The translations under genes were made by a program, and so were the position numbers. Shown in pieces: positions 27,151 through 37,228 of a stretch of DNA of 64,000 nt. The stretch comes from Leptogorgia sarmentosa. Taxonomy: Eukaryota. The notes beneath the pieces were generated by a model that saw nothing but the letters and a program-made list of their open reading frames with translations, was not told where the DNA came from and searched no databases. Within the stretch, counting starts at the first letter, position 1, and each line of letters opens with the position of its first letter. Location of the stretch: positions 22,444,001-22,508,000 of the forward strand of contig OZ210885.1 in the NCBI GenBank assembly GCA_964658305.1, written 5' to 3'.

Positions 27151-28306
27151 TTAATGGTGACGCATTGGACAACGTAATCCAGCAGCTTTCGAACGAGATT
27201 GAACTAATTAATAAGACAACAGATCAGTACGGTAGGACCATATTCCATTGTGCAGTTGAAACAAAAAATTATGTCCTGGTAAAACTCCTACTTGCGGTTG
27301 GAATCAACCCTAACGCAAAAGAAGGGTGTGGAGCTACACCCATGACAATTGCTGTACTTAATGCAGACCATGAAGCAAGCAAAATTTTGTTGGAAAATTT
27401 CGCGGAATACGAAGGAGCTCTCTTTGGCTCTTTTCCAAGTCCACTAGAAATGGCAACTGCTATGGGATTGGCAAATATTGTAGTACTGTTTCAGTCCTAT
27501 TCGCAAGCAAATGACAACCCGGTAGTAAAAGCACTCCAAAGGTCTGACAGCAGTTTAAGCAACATTAAATCTACCCAAAACCCAGTCGAAGATATGGACG
27601 CGGACAGCAATCCTCCAGCCGAGAGTGGTTGTGAGTACGAATACAAGAGGTCCGATTACAAAGGTTTTCCAACCGCTGTTGTGGGCGATGTCGGAACATG
27701 TAAAGTAAATCGTAGCGTTAAGCACAGGAACAGTACAGCATATAGTTGGATGACTGAAATACCCGGAGATATGCATGCAAAAGGTCATTTGTGCGAAGCA
27801 ACATTCAAAGCACACGGGAAGAGCGGGTTCCATAAATTAGTACATTCTGTCATGAAAAGACCAAAACTCACTGAAGAAGCCTTTAAGAAACGAAAATTCC
27901 AAGAGCAAAACCTCAACCATATCCAGGAAGCCGTAAGAGATGCCAGTTTTGCCTATGGCAGTTGAAGAGTTAAGGGCATCGGACGAATTTCCATCAGATG
28001 AGGATTAGACTGAAGACTTAAAAAAGAATGGAAATCACAATACGGTTCTACTTAGTAGTTTCAAGAAGTGGTTGAAAAAATGCGCCGAAAATGATGACAG
28101 TCATAGCTATCACCAACAATCATTTACTTTGTTTGGTCCGTTGTTACACTTGTTCATAACTGTGGGCAAAGAAGGAGATGGAACCCTACGTGAGACTGCG
28201 TGGATTCTACTACTGCCTATTTTTGCACAATTGAACTTCCGGAACTATTGGACCGAAGCATTTGTGCATGTGGTGAATTTCACGTCCCTATGGCCGCTGG
28301 CTTTCC

Positions 28307-31300
28307 ACTCCTCCCCCTCCCTCCCCTTCCATCTGTGAAACTCCCGCACCCTCCATATGTGACCTCCCAACCGAGGACTATGATGACCCAGATATTTCCT
28401 TTGATATTCCCTCCCCTCCACACGCTTCAGAATTCCTTTCCCAACCATTCCCTTCCCACCCTAGCAGACCTTCCGTTTCCCCACCTCAACAAAATCCTCG
28501 CCCTACCTCCCAATCCCCCCCAATCCCCTTCCCCTACACTCCCACGCACTCCCTCTCCTACCCCCCTCATCCACCCCTTCCCTGACCCATCCCATCCATC
28601 AAGTTCTCATCCACCCTCAGACCCCTCCCATAATATCCCTATGTCCCCTCCCGCTGATGCCTTACCATCTACACCTCCGACCGATCCCTCCTCAAGTGAT
28701 ACGTCTAACTCATTACCCCCGAACCATCCCAATAACCCCTCAGATGTCTCATCTGAGTTCTCAAACAAATGGTTAGCTACATTCTCCACCAATTCCAACT
28801 GGGATGACTTCTCCAACCAATGCTATAACTTCGCAAGTGATGTCATCCTGGAGTGTGATAAGAACTTTGATCTTAGGAAGAAAGCTGCACCTCGACGTAA
28901 CAACCGCCCATCTGCCAGACCTATCAATGCCAACCGTCGTCCGCTCAAATACAACCCTATCGAAGCCCGTAGAATCCAACGCTTATACCGCCTCTCCAAG
29001 AAGCGTGCCGCCAGACAAGTAATAAGCGATAATAAACCATCCTACACTGGCTCGGTCGATGAAGCGAACCATTTCTTCCAACAGGTCTTTGGTGAAAAAA
29101 CTGTCGACCCTGATGCAGTCCAACAAGGTCTTAAGGACAACGTTCCATCTGGCCCTAAAGATCACTCCCTCTATGATCCCATCACTCCCAATAAAATTGC
29201 CAAAAAACTCTGCTCCCTTTCTAACTCCGCTCCTGGTGCTGACCGAGTTGAATACGGACACCTAAAGTCCGTTGACTCCAAAGGTGAAGTACTCTGCGCC
29301 ATCTACAACCGGTGCTTAATAGAAAATGATGTTCCTTTAAAATGGAAATCATCTTGGACAGTCCTGATCCATACAAAAGGTGATGCCGCTGACATTTCCA
29401 ACTTTCGTCCCATAGCCCTGATGAGTTGCATTTATAAAATTTTCATGAGTATTCTGGCCGACCGTCTGGTCACCTATTCCATCGACAACAACTACCTGTC
29501 CAACTCCCAAAAAAGCGCTCGTCCCACCGAAGGATGCTATGAACACACCTTCATCCTGCAATCATTTGTTCTTGATGCCAAAAGACACCAAAAGAATCTC
29601 TTTGTTGCTTGGCTCGATCTACGAAATGCCTTTGGTAGCGTTCCCCATGAAGTCATCTCCCTTACTCTATCCCACCTTGGCATGCCTGATCCCATCGTAA
29701 ACCTGGTTAAAAACATCTACACCAATGCCACAACCGAAATCAACACTCCTGCAGGAATAACTCCCGGCATTCCCATCCATGCTGGTGTTAAACAAGGCTG
29801 TCCGCTATCACCCATTCTGTTTAACTTATGTATTGAGATCATAATCCGGGCAATTGCCTCAAAGGGACATGACAGCGGTCCTGTTAAGCATTACAATGGT
29901 GAAATTTCTGTCTTGGCATATGCTGATGATTTGGTCCTTCTCGCTAAAACCAAGGACAAACTCCAACTCCTTGATGCAGCATCCACCTCTGCCAACCTCA
30001 TCGGTCTTGTTTTCCGTCCTGACAAATGTGCCTCCCTAAGTATGACCTACAGCAATAGATGTGATGGCAACATACAAATCAACAACCTCAATGTTCAAGA
30101 CAAAGCCATCCCTGCTCTAAAAGAACACAAACACTATCGGTACTTAGGAGTTCCCATCGGTATGATCCGCGACGTCGACAATTTAGACTCTCTGGTTGAT
30201 GACCTCTGCAATGACCTCGACAGAATCAGTAACTCTCTCCTCGCCCCCTGGCAAAAACTGGACGCCATTCGAACTTTTGTGCAGCCTTGCCTGACATTTG
30301 CTCTCTGTGTCGGCGAACCACAAAAAGCGTCCCTAACCAAGTACAGAAGGAAACTCATTGAAGTTGTTCGCTCCACCTGCCATCTACCTCTCAGTGCCAC
30401 AACCCATATCATCTTTGCCTCAACAAAAGCAGGTGGCCTCGGCTTTCAAGACCCATATGATGAAGTGGACGTCCAAACGGTGGTCCAAGCAATCAAAATG
30501 CTTTCCTCCAAAGACCCCTTTGTCTCTGCCGTGGCCATTGGTGAACTCAGACGAGCGGTCACCTTCGCAATACAATCAGATGTGTCCCCTGCTAACATCC
30601 GTGACTTTCTTTCCGGATCCACCCAAGGTAAATTGCACCACTCACGCATGCGATACCGTACCCACTCCCTATGGACACGAGCAAGACAAGCATCCCATCG
30701 TCTGGGCTTAACTTTCAACGTCCCTGACAACGACGCCCCGTCCATCTCAACGACCTCAAAAGGCCCTTGCCCTGCTCGATCAGCATCCGCCTTCCTACAT
30801 CGTATAGTACAAGATCGAGCCTCAGAAAAGCTGATGGCCCTCCCGGATCAAGGAAAGGTTGCTCGGGCTCTTGTCAAAGATGCATTTTGTAACGGTTCCT
30901 CCTGGCTTTTCTCGGGTCTCAACATGCGTTTCAAGGATTGGAGATTCATCCACCGTGCAAGATTGAACGATGTTCCAACAAACCAGAATAAATCCCGTTG
31001 GTCCGACTGCTCTAATCTCTGCCGTGTTTGCTCCTCCCACCCAGAAACCTTGCCCCATGTCATTTGCCATTGTACATCCAATATGGTCCAAATTCGAGAA
31101 CGCCACAACTCCATAGTGAATCGACTAGCGAAAGCCGTCCGATATGGTAACGTTCAACTTGACTGTCAAATTGATGGCCTAGATGATGAGTGTCGCCCTG
31201 ATATTGTAATACTGGGGCCGGTTGTTCGAAAGTCGGATAACTTTATCCACTGGATAGTGATTTTTTCAACCGTTGTAAAAATGTTCAAAAAGCTATGAAA

Positions 31301-32135
31301 TTGCAGATGTGGGCCTGGCAAGTAATTGAGAGAAAGTCCAACTTTAAAATATCAAAGTTTAATCTAAATAAGAGTGATCAATGGGTTGTTTTAGGAAGCT
31401 TGAAAAAATCGCTATCCAATGGCCCCGGACAACCGGCCCCAGGAGGATAACGAAGTTACAATCATCGATGTAACCTGCCCCATTGACAACGACGAAAACG
31501 CCCTCTCCACCGCGGACTTCAATAAAGTAATGAAATATAACCACCTGAAACATCATTTCAAGCAACTCGGACTTAACTGTCACGTCTTTGGTTTCGTTAT
31601 TGGCGCTCTTGGAACATGGCACCCTAACAATGAAGCTGTCCTAAACCAACTCCGTATGGCTAAATCCTATAAGTCGCTGTTCAGAAAGCTATGCTGCTCC
31701 GATGTCATCCGTGGCTCAGCAGAAATATACTACAACCACATGGCCCAGCTAGTGGACTAAACACTGAACAAACAATTATTCATAATTTCATAGCTTAATT
31801 ACTCCTCACCTGAAAAAGTATAATCCCATTCTTTGTGTGCCTTCTGTATTCATATAACATGAAACAATAGTATAACAAAGTTAGTTCTTAGTCACCCCAG
31901 AATCAGTAGTAAAACAGCACATCCGTATACATAGTACAGCAAACTAGTTCCCGAAAACATTCGTCTCAGAATTATTAAGCTAATTAGTATTCAGTTATCA
32001 CGAACATTACGTCACATATAACATATATATATATAGTCACTTAAGGTATTCTAATAACTATGTCATTAGTATCTCACGAATAACTACGTCATCAATGTAA
32101 ATAACTATTTCTTGTTTTGAATAAATTTGTTACAA
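28307..32135 (+). mobile_element. Utopia-type (RLE, R2/NeSL-group) non-LTR retrotransposon inserted in U2; 5' end missing
   Basis: RT (GVKQGCPLSP, AYADD), CCHC (CRVC..ETLPHVICHC), RHN, RPDIV..IIDVT RLE domain. The 3' end AATAAA..ACAA joins U2 nt 39 TCTGTTCTTATC. Confidence 0.93.
31215..31439. mobile_element. Harbinger-like MITE in the Utopia endonuclease domain
   Basis: TIR GGGCCGGTTGT..ACAACCGGCCC with CTG/CAG flanks; splits RPDIVI|EDNEVTIIDV. Confidence 0.85.
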
Positions 32136-32288
32136 TCTGTTCTTATCAGCTTAATATCTGATATGTTAGGCAATGTCCTAACTCATATATTAAACTGATT
32201 TTTGGACCTCGGCCATGGGATTGAAGCTTGCTTCGCCCTGGCCACGGGTTGTCTCGGTATTGCACTACCTCCGAGTACGGCACACTTT
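32136..32288 (+). pseudogene. RNU2: U2 snRNA nt 39 to end
   Basis: TCTGTTCTTATCAGCTTAATATCTGATA..ATTTTTGG..GTATTGCACTACCTCC. Confidence 0.95.
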
Positions 32289-32729
32289 CCCCAATTTCAT
32301 TATTGGGGGAAGATTTCTCACTCACTATCAGTTCAAAATTCTAACAAACTATTCTTGCCTTTACAGATTGATCATCGCAATCCGGCATTTGGCAGGAGAT
32401 ACGTATATATGACGCATTCATTGCGGATGACCGACCACGAATTATACTTGCATGGTAAGCAGCCTAACACATTCATGTTATAATAGTCTTGGGTAGCTCG
32501 TTGGCCAACAAAGCAGCATCGCTGTTCATCGGAGATTTACATTCATGGAATTTTTTGTGAACTCGTATTGAATATGCGGGTAGAGAATTGTCGGAACGTG
32601 CAAACACGGTGCAGTCCGAGAGATCGAGAGATCCATCTATCGACAGACAAACTCATCCCCATGCATTCGTTCCACAAGCATTCCTCGCGGTTGCAGCGTA
32701 TAAAAGGTAATCGTATGCGCCATGAAGTC

Positions 32730-32746
32730 ATACTTACCTGACGCGA
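32730..32746 (+). pseudogene. RNU1: U1 snRNA 5' 17 nt only
   Basis: ATACTTACCTGACGCGA, preceded by a spacer homologous to 3433-3860. Confidence 0.9.
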
Positions 32747-32849
32747 CACTGCTTGGCTGTCCTTTCATGGCATTCTACCCACGGCCGATCGATCATTTTT
32801 TCACTTGGCTTTTCTCGCTTAAAAGATGGCGTGGAATTGCGAAGAAGGC

Positions 32850-32874
32850 ATCGCTTCTCGGCCTTTTGGCTAAG
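32850..32874 (+). pseudogene. RNU2: U2 snRNA nt 1-25 with upstream flank
   Basis: ATCGCTTCTCGGCCTTTTGGCTAAG. Confidence 0.95.
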
Positions 32875-35800
32875 TTGTTCTGACAGTTGGTGGTCTTGCT
32901 GCCGAAGTCTGATTGCTGCTGAAGAAGATATCCGTGCTGTGGCACTGTTCAGTTTCGTGGTCCTGTCCTGTTGGTCGTTCCTGTGCCGTTCAGTCCGTTC
33001 CTGTGCTGTTTTCCTGTGCTGTTCCTTTACTGTGCTGTCCAGTCCGTTCCTGTGTTGTCTTCTTGTGGTGTCCGTCCCTGTGCTGTCCAGTCCGTTCCTT
33101 TGGTTCATGTCGGTCGGTTCAGGCCTCCTTGGCTTCGGCCTTGGTGGTACACCGCGTGGCTGTGCCTTTCTGCGAGGCCCTCTAGGGGGAATCGTTAGGA
33201 CAGGCTCCTTCTTCCTTTCCTTTTTAGAGGGATTCGTTCCTTTTTTCTGCTTCCCTTCCTGTTCGAGACTGGGTTCTCGGTTTAGTTAGTTTTCGAGACT
33301 CGGTTCTCGGTTTAATTAGCTATCGGGACTTGGTTCTCGGCTAAGTTAGATTTTGAGACTTGGTTCTCGAGTTACGTACTGTGTGTTTTCGAGAATTGGT
33401 TCTCGGTTTAGTTCGTTATCGCGACTTGGTTCCCGGCTAAGTTAATTTAGTTCTCGAGATTTGGTTCTCGGTTAAGCTCAGTGTGTTTTCGAGACTTGGT
33501 TCTCGGTTTAGTTAATTTTCGGGACTCGGTTCTCGGATAATTTAGTTCTAGAGAGTTGGTTCTCGACGTAAGTTTAGTGTGTTATCGAGACTTGGTTCTC
33601 GTAGTTAAAGCTTTATAGACCTTTCTGTTCTCGACGTTAAATTTATCCTTTTCTTTTTCCTTTTTTCTCTTCCCTTTTTGCGAGACCTTGGTTCTCGTAT
33701 GCAATTTAGAAATTAAAATATAATAATATCGTATAGTAATATTGTGTATTGAGGATGATTCCTCATGTCAATCGCACCTGCAATGAGGTCATAGATGACT
33801 TTCGTGGTCAAGTAGATGACTACACCTTCGTTTTCGAGGCTATCGTGATGATGGCCCCTGGCCGATTCCGTGTCACCTTTAAGGGTGCATGGAAGATAGA
33901 AGCTGCCGAGCACTCGGGTTTGCTAGTGTGAGGCCTCCCTGTAGAATTCATGCCAATCTCTAAATACACCTGGGTAAACGTTACCCGCGTATCATACGGC
34001 GTACCTGAAGTCGAGATCACTAAGGTGTTAAGTGGCTTCGGTGAAATAAAAAAGATCTCGTCAGAGGTCTACTCCAACATATACACCGGTGTGAGACATG
34101 TGTTGATGGAAATCCGTCAACCTATACCCTTCTGTATGCGCATCGCTGGCCATTGGTGCTTTGTCCATCATAAAGGCCAGAAACGCCTTTGCTTTCGCTG
34201 TGGCCAAGAAGGCGTAAAGATTGCGTAATCCCCGAAATCGGAAAACCTTTTTCTCCTGGCTTAATTGCGCCAAGCCAGACATCAGAGCACTTCAAGAGAC
34301 ACACTGTCGATCGCTTGAAGAGTTTCAATCCTGGCTAGCTACTGAATCACGTGAAAATAATAATTTACGACATTACTTAGTAGAATCTTCTCCGGGCTCT
34401 ATTCGTAGTGCCGGGGTCGCACTACTTTATAAACCTAGCTTTAAAATTGAGAAGGTTGCCAAAGATTCCGACGGCCGACTTATAGTAGCCTGCTTTAAGC
34501 ATATCAACCTGGAATCTGTGTTTCAAGTTGTAAATATCTACGGTCCGAACCAAAAAAATGCCAGTATAGATTTTTTTGCCTCCTTACATCAGAGGATCGA
34601 TCCAGCCCTTCCCACGATATTGTGTGGGGATTTCAATGTCGCCGTTGATCCGCAGATCGACCGTTTGGGATGCAATCCAGATTCTCCCTGGGCTTATAGC
34701 TGACCTGCACCTCTTTCTTCTTTAACTAATAGGTGTGATCTACTCGACACCTGGCGTTTACACCATCCAAACGATCGTGCTTATACATGGCGTCGAGCCA
34801 ATGGATCCCAAGCATCCAGATTGGATATGTTTTGGATTTCTTCTTCCCTGCATGAACATGTCTCTGAGGTGTCTATCTCCCCTTTTTTCCGGTCTGACCA
34901 CTCCTACGTTTTTCTCCGAGTGGCCTTTCCGGCTTTGCCTGAACGAGGTCCTGGGGTGTGGAAATTGAATACCTCGCTATTGCGCGATGAAACTCTGTGC
35001 GCAGAGGTCCGTTCTTTTTGGGTTTCGTGGCGGTCCGAAAAAGAGACCTTTCCGTCCTTGGCCGTTTGGTGGGATGCGGGCAAGGCTCGTTTGAAGGACA
35101 AGATTCGACATTTTTCTCGTGGCAAGGCTTAGTCACGGTGGTCAAACATCCACAATTTAGAAATTACCCTAGAACATCTTCACCGGCAGGAAGCCAATGG
35201 TGATGACGTGGCACACCTCGTAAAAGAGACTAAGGACAAACTCGAACTGAAACATCTACATGCGGCGGAGGGCGCGCGCATTCGCAGCAACGAGCAGTGG
35301 GCCGAGGAAGGCGAAACTTCTTCTGCCTTTTTCTTCCGTCAGGAGAAAGGGAGGGCATCACGCTGTTTATTTACTGGCATTCGCGATGCACATGGCACTA
35401 TAGTACGATCTGTTTCCGCCATTTTACGAGTTTGGTGCCTTTTTTACGTTCAACTTTTTTCTGCGTCTCTTTTATCTCCCTCGGATGAGTCTTTTTTCAT
35501 CAATAGCTTAGATAAATCTCTTTCTTCTCAAGAAGCCCAGCTTTGTGAAGGAGAGGTCACATTATCTGAATGCCAACGAGCTTTGAATTCCTTCAAGCAT
35601 AACAAATCTCCGGGTCTCAATGGTTTGCCATACGAGTTCTACCAGTCTTTTTGGGACACATTAGGACCTGATTTAGTAGCTGTATATAACGATTGCATGG
35701 CACGGGGTGCCCTTTCTTTTTCACAGCGAACTGGGTTAATCTCGCTTCTCTTTAAGAAAAATGACCGCTTGGACGTCAAGAATTGGCGTCCCATTTTCCT

Positions 35801-37203
35801 CTTATGCACTGATTATAAAATTTTATCTAAGGTGTTTACCAACCGCCTCAAAGTAGTTCTATCTTCTGTTATCTCAGAATCACAAGCTTGTGGTGTTCCT
35901 GGCCGGTATTCCGGGCTGAATGTCAGGACATTGCAAGATGTAGTTAATTTTTGTAATCGCAACAATACTGGAGGGGCTATTATTTCCTTAGATCAAGAGA
36001 AGGCTTTTGGTCGGGTTGACTGGGGATTTATGCTACGCACTTTGGAAAAGATGCATTTTGGTCCGTCCTTTTGTGCATGGGTCAAACTCCTGTACACCAA
36101 CATTTTTTCTCGCGTCTTAGTTAATGGTTTTGTGAGCGATGCCTTTATCATTACTCGTGGCGTTCGTCAAGGGTGTCCTCTTTCTCCCTTGCTATATATA
36201 ATTGTGGCGGAGACCATCTCAAGCGCAATAAAAAAGGACCTCAACATTGACGGTTTCCAAATGTTCAATGTGTTCCCTCTAAGAAGTCGAGAGCGACTCG
36301 AGAATCGTCTGACTATTTAGCAGGTCAAGGTCTCGTTCGTTAACGGAATGAATTAACAGAATCGTCGTTTTTTCCGCCCTGCTGGGTGTGCTACGGCACA
36401 ACATTTGGCTCAGCCGCAACGTCAGCGCTTCGATCACGTTGCTCCTGATGCTACCACCACCTTGAAGAAAGCCAAGTCCACCTTCCGCTTTCTGGTGCGA
36501 ATGTACAAGAGACATCGCCCACAAGACCGGTTTGTCCAGGAGTGGCTGGCTGACGGCGTTATTGGCTCTCTCACCGAGCAAGACTGGATCCGTTTTACCA
36601 GGGATTTTATTACCTGATTCCTTCTTCTCTCTTTCCTCCCTCTTCTCCTTTTTTCGTTCTTTGTGTTCTATGTAGCGGTCTAGGGGCATGACGGTCGCCT
36701 TAACTGGTTGTACTGTCGTCGCCTTCTGGACTCGTTTGTTTTTGTGTCGTTGTCTTGGACTGGACAGCACATTTGTTTTTATGTTCAATGTTGGTTTGTT
36801 TTGTCCTCCCATGAAGATCTAGCGGTCGCCTTCATTGGTTGTACTGCCTGTATCGGATTGGGTTGTTTGTTTGTTCCAATTTTTGCCCTGTGGTTCGCTT
36901 GGACTTGTTCCAAGCGGGTTGCACAGGTGTTGATCTAGGGGTTGCTGCTCATGTTGTAATCGTTTAGTTTAACATCATCATCTGACCATTTCACCATCAT
37001 TAGCTTAGGGATCCCTGGGCATGAAGGTGGATAGCACCGGATCGTTCAGGCCACTCACGGTTGCATCATGGCACGGGGGAGGGGCTCACAACCCCTGTCG
37101 ATCCGCGTCACCTGTAGTGACCCCCCTGGGTGCGGCGATTTGTTTGGGTCCAGGCTCCATTGCACCGTCGGAGTCGACAAGCCCGTCGTCGTTCAACTCA
37201 AAA
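32875..37203 (+). mobile_element. Tx1-clade LINE, family A copy 1, inserted in U2 with TSD TAAG; internally deleted
   Basis: Repeat-rich 5' UTR, ORF1 from 33756, APE (LQETH, GDFN, SDH), RT (GVRQGCPLSP), ~590-bp 3' UTR. Both U2 junctions are present. Confidence 0.93.
33262..33700 (+). repeat. Array of ~13 palindromic CGAGA-CTTGGT-TCTCG units in the Tx1 5' UTR
   Basis: Period mostly 30-36 bp with T-rich linkers; also at 48427-48780 and 59917-60122. Confidence 0.9.
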
Positions 37204-37228
37204 TAAGATCAAGTGTAGTATCTGTTCT
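37204..37228 (+). pseudogene. RNU2: U2 snRNA nt 22-46 between two LINEs
   Basis: TAAGATCAAGTGTAGTATCTGTTCT. Confidence 0.95.

Larger units (their letters stand above)
7905..28306 (+). pseudogene. AcademH-like transposase with ankyrin repeats, split by nested insertions (pieces 7905-8323, 9299-9584, 9830-9835/18920-19468, 23589-23663, 24926-24966, 27155-28306)
   Basis: The frame is restored across each removed insertion (one TGA near 23640, a frameshift near 27960). Motifs INLLNSIGL, (G/D)NVNIY, GDVGT, PGDMH, KEGDG..W..LLP.F..NYW.EA. Confidence 0.65.

Noticed and set aside
28200..28306. N-terminus of the 1032-aa ORF
   Set aside because: An alternative frame of the Academ-like sequence fused to the truncated Utopia; no U2 5' half at this junction.
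32289..32729. 5S rRNA, tRNA or spliced-leader gene in the U2-U1 spacer
   Set aside because: No diagnostic sequence recognised by eye; an Rfam cmscan would be decisive.
32746..32849. U1-targeted insertion after U1 nt 17
   Set aside because: Only about 100 bp separate it from U2 +1, with no element hallmarks; a deletion is simpler.
32875..33200. Self-cleaving HDV-like ribozyme at the Tx1 5' end
   Set aside because: Could not build the nested pseudoknot; the region is mostly low-complexity GTCC/CTGT repeats.
33262..33700. CRISPR-like array of palindromic repeats
   Set aside because: Linkers are short and similar to each other, there are no cas genes, the context is eukaryotic, and the array recurs in each Tx1-A 5' UTR.
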